UHGV virus genome: UHGV-0214057
Strand: one strand, 5' to 3'
From: a virus
Length of the DNA: 15,856 nt
Below the pieces are notes generated by a model. It saw only the letters and a list, made by a program, of their open reading frames with translations. It was not told the origin of the DNA and searched no databases. Shown piece by piece: positions 1-10,227 of the stretch. Made by a program: the position numbers and the translations under genes. The first letter of the stretch is position 1. The number at the start of each line of letters is the position of its first letter.

Positions 1-139
1 AGTAATACTCCGGGTTGCTGGTGGTGCTGATAACTGCGCCTTCTCCATCCGACGGCTTCACCACCACAGGTGTGGTGACATCACCTTCCGCCGCAATGGC
101 CTGCATCAGGGTATAAGGCCAGATGGTGGAAAGAACCAT
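1..139 (-). CDS. Partial ORF (N-terminus in window, continues past left edge) with a DUF1737-like motif; function unknown
   Basis: Minus-strand ATG at 139..137; my translation reads MVLSTIWPYTLMQAIAAEGDVTTPVVVKPSDGEGAVISTTSNPEYY with no stop to the window edge. The PYTLMQA-A-EGD motif matches the N-domain of the adjacent + strand esterase (PYTLMQAVAIEGD, nt 265-303). Not in the ORF track because it is truncated. Confidence 0.3.
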   Translation of the reverse strand, partial: MVLSTIWPYTLMQAIAAEGDVTTPVVVKPSDGEGAVISTTSNPEYY

Positions 140-1991
140 GGCATTTAAACACTATGATGTTGTCAGGGCGGCGTCGCCGTCAGACCTTGCGGAAAAGCTG
201 ACACACAAACTGAAAGAGGGCTGGCAGCCATATGGCGGACCGGTTGCCATTACGCCGTACACACTGATGCAGGCGGTGGCTATTGAAGGAGATCCACAGG
301 TCGGCCCTTCATCTGAGCCGGACTGGTTCTACGTGGTTGTGCTTGCCGGACAGTCCAACGGCATGGCCTACGGTGAAGGGCTTCCGTTACCGGATTCTTA
401 CGATGCTCCGGATCCGCGCATTAAACAGCTGGCGCGCCGCAGCACGGTAACTCCGGGTGGAGAGAGTTGTACGTATAACGACATCATCCCGGCTGACCAC
501 TGTCTGCATGATGTGCAGGATATGAGTACGCTGAATCATCCGAAGGCAGACCTGAGCAAAGGGCAGTACGGCTGTGTCGGCCAGGGCTTACATATTGCCA
601 AAAAACTGCTCCCGTATATCCCGAATAACGCGGGGATCCTGCTGGTACCATGCTGTCGTGGTGGTTCGGCATTCACCCAGGGCGCGGAGGGGACATTCAG
701 TGCGGACGCGGGGGCCAGCCAGGATTCGGCACGCTGGGGTGTGGGTAAACCGCTATATCAGGACCTGATTGCGCGCACTAAAGCTGCATTACAGAAGAAC
801 CCGAAAAATGTGTTGCTGGCGGTGTGCTGGATGCAGGGCGAATTTGACATGAGCGCTGCCACCTACGCACAGCAACCGGACCTGTTCACGGCCATGCTGA
901 AGCAGTTCCGTACTGACCTTTCCGGATTTAACGCGCAGTGCCATGGCGGCAGTGCTGCAGTTGTACCGTGGATTTGTGGTGACACGACGTATTACTGGAA
1001 AAATACATACGCTACCCAGTACGACACCGTGTACGGAGGGTATAAAAACAGGGAGAGTGAGGGCGTTTATTTTGTGCCCTTCATGACAGACGGTAACGGC
1101 GTCAATACCGCCACTAACGCACCGGCAGAAGATCCGGATATTCCGGCATCAGGATATTACGGTGCGGCATCGAGAACGAATGGAAACCAGGTATCATCAA
1201 ACCGCCCGACACATTTCAGTTCATGGGCGCGCAGGAGCATTATTCCGGATCGTATGGCAACCGCTATTCTGAACGCAGCCGGGCGCACCTCAGCCTTCAT
1301 CAGTGGTAAGGCACCGGAAATCAAACCCTCGCCCGGCGTCGACACGCCATCGGGGCCGTCTGAAGATGCATCCGTACGCACAATCTCCCTGTTGCCGACA
1401 GCCGGAGATGCTGCTGCGCAGGGCTGGAGCATTAAGAATGGCGGAATTCAGTTGTCAGATGGTGTATTTAAGATCACCAAGCAGAGCAATAAAGCCTGGT
1501 CCCTGACGCGCCCGGTGGATGACGCAGTCTCCCTGCTGACACGGGGTGGCAGACTGAGCTGTAAGTTTCGACTGTCAGGCGCACTGACCAACAACCAGTT
1601 CGGTCTGGGAATTTATCTGTATACCGATGTAGCGTTACCTGACGTCGTGGCGATGACCGGGACTGGTAACCCGTTCCTGATGTCGTTCTTCACCCAGACC
1701 ACAGACGGCAAACTGAATCTGATGCATCACAAGAAAGCCGGAAACACAAAGTTGGGCGAGTTCGGGAATTACAGTAACGACTGGCAGACGCTGGAGCTGG
1801 TGTTCACCGCCGGCAGTGCCACGGTTACTCCGAAACTGAATGGAGTGGCTGGCCCGGCATTCCAGGTCATAAAAGACAGTCTGACAGTGGGACTAAATGC
1901 ACTGACGCTGACGGATATTACCAAAAATGCAACGTATGGCGTTGAGATAGAAAGTCTGGTGCTGGAGATAAATGCACCGGTATCATCATAA
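123..1991 (+). CDS. nanS-p: Prophage sialate O-acetylesterase, NanS-p-like (DUF1737-like N-domain, SGNH/SASA esterase domain, C-terminal beta-rich domain)
   Basis: 622-aa ORF. The GQSNG block (VVVLAGQSNGMAYGEG) is typical of the SGNH/SASA esterase family; the N-terminus MAFKHYDVV...PYTLMQA resembles the DUF1737 domain; position immediately upstream of a 933W-type holin matches Stx-phage architecture (established knowledge). Start may be ATG 138 rather than 123. Confidence 0.75.
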   Translation: MVERTMAFKHYDVVRAASPSDLAEKLTHKLKEGWQPYGGPVAITPYTLMQAVAIEGDPQVGPSSEPDWFYVVVLAGQSNGMAYGEGLPLPDSYDAPDPRIKQLARRSTVTPGGESCTYNDIIPADHCLHDVQDMSTLNHPKADLSKGQYGCVGQGLHIAKKLLPYIPNNAGILLVPCCRGGSAFTQGAEGTFSADAGASQDSARWGVGKPLYQDLIARTKAALQKNPKNVLLAVCWMQGEFDMSAATYAQQPDLFTAMLKQFRTDLSGFNAQCHGGSAAVVPWICGDTTYYWKNTYATQYDTVYGGYKNRESEGVYFVPFMTDGNGVNTATNAPAEDPDIPASGYYGAASRTNGNQVSSNRPTHFSSWARRSIIPDRMATAILNAAGRTSAFISGKAPEIKPSPGVDTPSGPSEDASVRTISLLPTAGDAAAQGWSIKNGGIQLSDGVFKITKQSNKAWSLTRPVDDAVSLLTRGGRLSCKFRLSGALTNNQFGLGIYLYTDVALPDVVAMTGTGNPFLMSFFTQTTDGKLNLMHHKKAGNTKLGEFGNYSNDWQTLELVFTAGSATVTPKLNGVAGPAFQVIKDSLTVGLNALTLTDITKNATYGVEIESLVLEINAPVSS

Positions 1992-2075
1992 AAAGTGAGC
2001 CAGTCAAATGGAAGGTATCGTTAAACTCACCGGTAGTGTCAGTGGGTCGTCTGAGATGCCTGCATGAGTTATCAG

Positions 2076-2107
2076 AGCCATCAGTACTTAACTGGTGGCT
2101 TTTTTTA
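2076..2107 (+). terminator. Rho-independent terminator-like hairpin between esterase and holin
   Basis: AGCCATCAG (2076-2084), 7-nt loop, CTGGTGGCT (2092-2100), then TTTTTTT (2101-2107). Confidence 0.45.
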
Positions 2108-2141
2108 TTGTTGTCAGCTTCCGGATAACGGGAGACGGGGT

Positions 2142-2357
2142 ATGTACCAGATGGAAAAAATCACAACAGGTGTGTCATACACCACGTCAGCGGTGGGAAC
2201 GGGCTACTGGTTCCTGCAGTTGCTGGACAGGGTTTCCCCGTCTCAGTGGGCGGCAATAGGCGTGCTGGGGAGTCTGCTGTTTGGGCTGCTGACGTACCTG
2301 ACTAACCTGTATTTCAAAATCAAAGAGGACCGGCGTAAGGCGGCGCGGGGAGAGTAA
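2142..2357 (+). CDS. S: Class II holin (pinholin), 933W/21 S-type, 71 aa
   Basis: [71 protein letters not shown] closely matches the Stx-phage S holin as I recall it. Dual-start motif Met1/Met4, two TM segments, charged C-tail; GGAGACGGGG ribosome-binding site upstream of ATG 2142. The track ORF from 2064 is an in-frame upstream extension. Confidence 0.85.
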   Translation: MYQMEKITTGVSYTTSAVGTGYWFLQLLDRVSPSQWAAIGVLGSLLFGLLTYLTNLYFKIKEDRRKAARGE

Positions 2358-2358
2358 A

Positions 2359-3252
2359 GTGATGAATAAAAAATATGAACTGGTTGTTAAGGGGATAAAT
2401 AATTACGGGGGTAAGGTTACTGTTACTGTGAAGCCGGAAGGTGACGGGCAAGCGTCGCTGTTGTTGCCAGATGTGGCGATTAGTCTTGACCGTACTGAAG
2501 GTGCCACGCTGGAGTTTTACGAAGCTGAGGCGAAAAAGCAGGCGAAGCAGTTTTTCATGGATGTTGCTGCTGGGTTATGTGAATGGAACGAACCGTTGCC
2601 GGAAAAGCGCCCCGTAATTTTAGAGGCGCAGGATGTGTTGATAACCTACAAAGGAAAGCTACCGGGAAGAATTACTTGTTCTCTGAAGATGCCGCCGTCA
2701 ACACTGCGGTCAGAAAAAGATGATGTTGAATCACGTATTGAAAAACTGGAGAGCTACGTCGTTGAGCTGAATAAGAAATGGTCGATATTGGTGCCTTCTG
2801 GCGATGAAAAGCAGTTTGCTGCGTTTGACGATTATTGTCGGAAAGTGATGAGCAGAAATCTCGCAGAGTGTTTCAGTATTCATAATGATAATTTCAGTGA
2901 GCTGGAATGGGAGTGTAACCGGCCATCCTTTGTTGTATCCGGTGATGCTGGGAAAATAACCATCTCAGAAAATGGGAAAGTAACACCTCCATCGCACCAG
3001 CACAGTGAGGGGCTCATTGAATTTGCCATTGATTACCTGAAGAACAATAAAAAGCAGGGGCTGATGAAGCGCGTTGGCCGTTGCATGGGATATCTTCAGG
3101 TAGCCGCTGAGATTGAAGCGCTGGCCAGTGGTGCTGATAAGGATGCAATTGTGCGGGAGGCTCTTCTTCGTGATTTTAATACTCCACCCTTTAAAAAAGT
3201 GCCGGCTTACTGGCTTCATCCGGGGCTGACTTATCTTAAAGTGCGTATTTAG
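2359..3252 (+). CDS. Hypothetical protein, 297 aa, no recognisable domain; moron between holin and endolysin
   Basis: Uninterrupted ORF beginning GTG 2359 / ATG 2362, 2-5 nt after the holin stop (TAA 2355-2357), with GGAGAG upstream: looks translationally coupled. Visibly more AT-rich than flanking genes. No TM segment or signal peptide evident. Confidence 0.65.
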   Translation: MMNKKYELVVKGINNYGGKVTVTVKPEGDGQASLLLPDVAISLDRTEGATLEFYEAEAKKQAKQFFMDVAAGLCEWNEPLPEKRPVILEAQDVLITYKGKLPGRITCSLKMPPSTLRSEKDDVESRIEKLESYVVELNKKWSILVPSGDEKQFAAFDDYCRKVMSRNLAECFSIHNDNFSELEWECNRPSFVVSGDAGKITISENGKVTPPSHQHSEGLIEFAIDYLKNNKKQGLMKRVGRCMGYLQVAAEIEALASGADKDAIVREALLRDFNTPPFKKVPAYWLHPGLTYLKVRI

Positions 3253-3288
3253 TGGGCCAGGGACAGCGGCTGAATATTTAATATATCC

Positions 3289-3822
3289 ATGAACACCAAA
3301 ATCAAATACGGCCTGTCGGCTGCCGTTCTGGCGCTGATTGCCGCTGGTGCGCCTGCGCCTGACATTCTCGACCAGTTTCTGGATGAAAAGGAAGGCAACC
3401 ACACCACAGCATACCGTGATGGTGCAGGTATCTGGACCATCTGCCGTGGTGCCATCATGGTGGATGGCAAACCTGTCGTTCCGGGCATGAAGTTGTCGAA
3501 GGAAAAATGCGACCAGGTTAACGCCATTGAGCGTGATAAAGCGCTGGCGTGGGTGGAGAAAAACATCAGAGTGCCGCTGACCGAACCCCAGAAAGCGGGG
3601 ATCGCGTCATTCTGTCCGTACAACATTGGTCCCGGTAAGTGTTTCCCGTCGACGTTTTACAGACGAATTAATGCTGGTGATCGAAAAGGTGCCTGCGAAG
3701 CGATTCGCTGGTGGATTAAGGACGGTGGCAGAGACTGCCGTATTCGTTCAAACAACTGTTACGGTCAGGTATCCCGTCGTGACCAGGAGAGCGCGCTGGC
3801 GTGCTGGGGTATCGACAGATAA
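3289..3822 (+). CDS. R: SAR endolysin (T4-lysozyme-like / GH24 family, signal-arrest-release N-terminus)
   Basis: 177 aa; N-terminal weakly hydrophobic Gly/Ala-rich SAR segment (YGLSAAVLALIAAGAPAP) followed by the E-D-T catalytic region (EGNHTTAYRDGAGIWTICRG); near-identical to the Stx-phage R as I recall it. Confidence 0.85.
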   Translation: MNTKIKYGLSAAVLALIAAGAPAPDILDQFLDEKEGNHTTAYRDGAGIWTICRGAIMVDGKPVVPGMKLSKEKCDQVNAIERDKALAWVEKNIRVPLTEPQKAGIASFCPYNIGPGKCFPSTFYRRINAGDRKGACEAIRWWIKDGGRDCRIRSNNCYGQVSRRDQESALACWGIDR

Positions 3823-3911
3823 GCAGAATATTTTGCTGAAAAATGAGGAATGGCCACGCGGGCGGATAACACGAAATCCTGCGAACTGGCGAAACGTAAG
3901 TGAATAAAAGT

Positions 3912-3951
3912 AAAAACCCCGTTTGTTGGCACCAAGCGAGGTTTTGTGTTT
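3912..3951 (+). terminator. Hairpin followed by a U-rich tract after R (possible terminator or RNA structure)
   Basis: AAAAACCCCG ... CGAGGTTTT stem with inner TTGG/CCAA pairing, followed by GTGTTTCT. A-rich on the 5' side, so it could act in both directions. Confidence 0.3.
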
Positions 3952-3979
3952 CTGACCTTGAGTAAGGCAAGGGAGAACA

Positions 3980-4161
3980 TGGCGAAGTGTAAACGAATTC
4001 TGTTGAGGTTGACTATGAAAAATGACCTTGAACTGAAAGCGCCTGTAACTGATGACATCAGCAGAGCACTGGCTTTTGCCATTAAGTGGGTGGCGGTCGG
4101 TGTTGCTGTGTCCCCGATGCTGTATGGGCTGGCAAAACTGGTCATTGCGTTGAAATCGTGA
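3980..4161 (+). CDS. Small protein (about 60 aa) with a C-terminal hydrophobic segment; function unknown
   Basis: Strong ribosome-binding site AAGGGAGAAC 5 nt before ATG 3980. Product [60 protein letters not shown] has a tail-anchor-like TM segment. Alternative start ATG 4014. Confidence 0.45.
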
Positions 4162-4175
4162 AGGGAGGATTAAGC

Positions 4176-4307
4176 ATGTCAGACAAACTCATAACGCTGG
4201 CGAAGATCCTCTGTGTAATTGTCGGCATTTCATTTTCACTAATGCTGGTTGCTCTTTTTCTTTCCATGGCCTGGATGATGTTGTCTTCGTCGGGGTTGCT
4301 GGGGTGA
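4176..4307 (+). CDS. Small single-pass membrane protein (43 aa); function unknown
   Basis: Ribosome-binding site AAGGGAGGA 6 nt before ATG 4176. Product [43 protein letters not shown] has one central TM segment. Stop TGA 4305-4307 overlaps the Rz GTG start (GTGA). Confidence 0.45.
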   Translation: MSDKLITLAKILCVIVGISFSLMLVALFLSMAWMMLSSSGLLG

Positions 4308-4777
4308 ACATAAACCGAATGCTTTCCGCGTTTATCGTTATTCTGCTGGTGGCCTGTGGTGCGCTGTGGATGGCAACAGACCATTACCGTGATAACGCGA
4401 TTACCTACAAAGCGCAGCGCGATAACAAAGCCAGTGAACTGAAGCTGGCGAACGCAACCATTACTGATATGCAGGTGCGCCAGCGCGATGTTGCTGCGCT
4501 CGATGCAAAATACTCGAGGGAATTAGCCGATGCGAGAGCTGAAAATGAAACTCTTCGCGCTGACGTTGCCGCTGGTCGTAAGCGCCTGCGGATCAACGCC
4601 ACCTGTCCAGGCTCCGTGCGTGAAGCCCCCACCACCTCCGGCGTGGATAATGCAACCGGCCCCCAACTGGCAGACACCGTTACACGGGATTATTTCACCC
4701 TCAGAGAGCGGCTGATGACGATGCAGAAGCAACTGGAAGGGGCACAGGACTATATCCGCACTCAGTGCCTGAAATAA
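4304..4777 (+). CDS. Rz: i-spanin Rz (inner-membrane spanin subunit)
   Basis: N-terminal TM segment, then [15 protein letters not shown]...[11 protein letters not shown]...[19 protein letters not shown], strongly similar to lambda Rz. Start is GTG 4304 or ATG 4319. Confidence 0.8.
   Translation: MNINRMLSAFIVILLVACGALWMATDHYRDNAITYKAQRDNKASELKLANATITDMQVRQRDVAALDAKYSRELADARAENETLRADVAAGRKRLRINATCPGSVREAPTTSGVDNATGPQLADTVTRDYFTLRERLMTMQKQLEGAQDYIRTQCLK
4530..4715 (+). CDS. Rz1: o-spanin Rz1 (outer-membrane lipoprotein) embedded in the +1 frame of Rz
   Basis: [17 protein letters not shown] lipobox (cleavage before Cys), followed by the proline-rich [30 protein letters not shown], which matches lambda Rz1. 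Lies entirely inside Rz, as in lambda. Start is ATG 4530 or 4545. Confidence 0.75.
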   Translation: MRELKMKLFALTLPLVVSACGSTPPVQAPCVKPPPPPAWIMQPAPNWQTPLHGIISPSESG

Positions 4778-5127
4778 GTTTTGTTGATGCGCCGTATCGT
4801 CGCTGTATTCCCTCATTAACAGAGACCGCAGCCCGACAGGGAGACTCCTCTGCGCGAGTGTGCGGGGATAATCAAAAACGATACACACCGGGGTTTACCG
4901 CGTTAACGGAGCGCGGCGTTGTCCCCTCATAGTCGCCTGTCCGGTGCGATGGTGGAAGAAGCCGGATGTTTATCACTATTAATTGATGACACAGAAATGG
5001 ATTCATTGAATTTCAGCACGTTTTTGTATTCGTGTTATTGAACATCTGTTTATTTTACTTTTAACATATTGATAATAAAAAGAGCTGTAAATCTTTAGAT
5101 GAGTCGATTTTGTCCGGGGAAGTTCAA

Positions 5128-5268
5128 ATGGATTTTATGCTGACGGTTTCTGGTGTGGTTATCCTGTCCATTGCTTATACTGCAGATAAATATGGCTGCC
5201 ATTTGTTATCACGTATTGGCGCTTATTGTTCGTTGATGCTGATTTTCTCGTCGCTTTTTTTTGAGTAA
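5128..5268 (+). CDS. Possible small hydrophobic peptide (46 aa) in an AT-rich island
   Basis: ATG 5128 preceded by GGGGA (8-nt spacing). Product MDFMLTVSGVVILSIAYTADKYGCHLLSRIGAYCSLMLIFSSLFFE. Below the 60-aa cut-off of the ORF track; coding status uncertain. Confidence 0.2.
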   Translation: MDFMLTVSGVVILSIAYTADKYGCHLLSRIGAYCSLMLIFSSLFFE

Positions 5269-5400
5269 GTTATATTAATTATAACAAATAATTTTCTGTG
5301 TTATTTTTTCAGGCTATCCCGTCAGAGGGGAAGCCTGTACTGCCGGGGAGCGAATGGAAAACTGATGTGTCCGGTAACTGCGTGTTCTGTGAACACCATG

Positions 5401-5586
5401 TTACTTAATTATGTAATTCATACCCGAACTCTCTGTTGACAGCCTTCTTCTGCAGGCTTCAATAACCCACGCTGAAAAGTTTCCTGAACCTTTCAGATCA
5501 AGAGCGATGTTAATTTGTTCAATCATCTGGTTTGGAAATCGGATGTTGCGGGTTGTTGTTCTGCGGGTTCTGTTCTTTGATGACAT
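5401..5586 (-). CDS. Small ribbon-helix-helix-like DNA-binding protein (DUF3950 / YlcI-like), 61 aa
   Basis: MSSKNRTRRTTTRNIRFPNQMIEQINIALDLKGSGNFSAWVIEACRRRL: basic N-tail, a short beta-strand motif (RNIRF) and two helices. Resembles the small ylcI-type genes found just upstream of the terminase small subunit in E. coli lambdoid prophages (from memory). GGGGA ribosome-binding site upstream on the minus strand. Confidence 0.5.
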   Translation of the reverse strand: MSSKNRTRRTTTRNIRFPNQMIEQINIALDLKGSGNFSAWVIEACRRRLSTESSGMNYIIK

Positions 5587-5639
5587 AATGTTTCCCCATA
5601 TTCAGTGTTGCTGATTTGTATTATCTGAAGTTGCTTTTA

Positions 5640-5975
5640 CGTTAATTTGACGCAGATCAATTAATACGATACCTGCGTCATAATTGATTATTTCTCGTGG
5701 TTTGATGGCGTACACACATGTTGTGATAAACCTTATATAGATGATAATCATTATCATTTCGTGGGTCCTTTCCGGCGATCCGACCGGTTACGGGGCGGCG
5801 ACCTCGCGGGTTTTCGCTATTTATGAAAATTTTCCGGGGAAAATCATGTCGGTACTTCTCGAACATAACTATTTGTTTTTTCTAATATCGAATCCGTAAA
5901 AGGTCCGACATGAAAACGCCTAAAAAAGTCATTTTCGGGCACTTTCATGTCGGCCCCTGTATTTATTGTGAGACT
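5640..5975 (+). other. cos: cos site: cosQ-proximal conserved sequence, cosN (12-nt cohesive end GGGCGGCGACCT at 5793-5804) and cosB
   Basis: 5762-5840 (GGGTCCTTTCCGGCGATCCGACCGGTTACGGGGCGGCGACCTCGCGGGTTTTCGCTATTTATGAAAATTTTCCGG) is near-identical to the joined right and left ends of phage lambda as I recall them. Nu1 starts 189 nt after the first cosN base (191 in lambda). Confidence 0.8.
5845..5953 (+). repeat. cosB R-element candidates: three copies of the octamer CATGTCGG (5845-5852 direct, 5905-5912 inverted, 5946-5953 direct)
   Basis: Direct / inverted / direct arrangement with an A/T-rich spacer between the first and second copy mirrors the lambda R3-I1-R2-R1 layout, but the repeat sequence is not lambda's. 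Confidence 0.5.
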
Positions 5976-5980
5976 GTTTC

Positions 5981-6500
5981 ATGAAGGTTAATAAAAAGAA
6001 ACTTGCCGAAATTTTCAACGTGGATCCGCGAACGATTGAACGCTGGCAGTCTCAGGGACTCCCTTGCGTCTCCGGAGGTGGTAAGGGCGTTGAATCTGTA
6101 TTTGATACCGCCATGGCAATTCAGTGGTATGCGCAGAGGGAAGCTGATATCGAAAATGAAAAACTCCGTAAAGAGGTTGAGGATTACAGGGCTGCCAGTG
6201 AGGCAGATCTCCAGCCTGGGACTATTGAGTACGAACGCCATCGACTTACGCGTGCGCAGGCCGACGCACAGGAGCTGAAGAATGCCAGAGACTCCGCAGA
6301 GGTGGTGGAAACCGCATTCTGTACTTTCGTGCTGTCACGGATCGCAGGTGAAATTGCCAGTATTCTTGACGGGATCCCTCTCTCGGTACAGCGGCGTTTT
6401 CCGGAACTGGAAAACCGACATGTTGATTTCCTGAAACGGGATATCATCAAAGCCATGAACAAAGCAGCCGCGCTGGATGAACTGATACCGGGGTTGCTGA

Positions 6501-6526
<26 letters not shown>
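5981..6526 (+). CDS. nu1: Terminase small subunit
   Basis: 181 aa. The C-terminal roughly 110 residues ([58 protein letters not shown]...) are essentially identical to lambda gpNu1 as recalled. The N-terminal DNA-binding domain ([28 protein letters not shown]...) is divergent and, I believe, phage-21-like. Confidence 0.9.

Positions 6527-10207
<3,681 letters not shown>

Positions 10208-10227
<20 letters not shown>

Noticed and set aside
574-1506. Short ORFs nested inside the esterase gene on both strands (484-672 -, 574-768 +, 1157-1432 -, 1303-1506 +)
   Set aside because: Alternative-frame ORFs within a well-supported 622-aa coding sequence; no independent support.
2064-2141. N-terminal extension of the holin ORF (track start 2064)
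   Set aside because: Homology to S-type holins begins at Met 2142, which has its own ribosome-binding site; the extension overlaps the terminator hairpin and is not holin-like.
3626-4145. Overlapping track ORFs in the R to Rz interval (3626-3907 +, 3716-3970 -, 3765-4145 -, 4142-4384 -)
   Set aside because: They overlap the endolysin or the better-supported small ORFs, lack ribosome-binding sites and have composition-driven translations.
4864-4926. GGGGA ... TCCCC pairing enclosing about 55 nt downstream of Rz (tRNA-like at first glance)
   Set aside because: Too short, with only a 5-bp closing stem and no recognisable D or T-arm or anticodon-loop features; not a tRNA. It could be an ordinary RNA hairpin.
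5649-5681. 8-bp inverted repeat TGACGCAG ... CTGCGTCA separated by 17 bp
   Set aside because: Also appears to be conserved lambda right-end sequence; no transposase or recombinase nearby to suggest a mobile-element terminus.
5741-5757. Perfect palindrome ATGATAATCATTATCAT resembling a Fur box, just upstream of cosQ
   Set aside because: The same sequence is, to my recollection, part of the native right end of phage lambda, so it is conserved cos-proximal DNA rather than a newly acquired iron-regulatory site; a regulatory role cannot be claimed from sequence alone.
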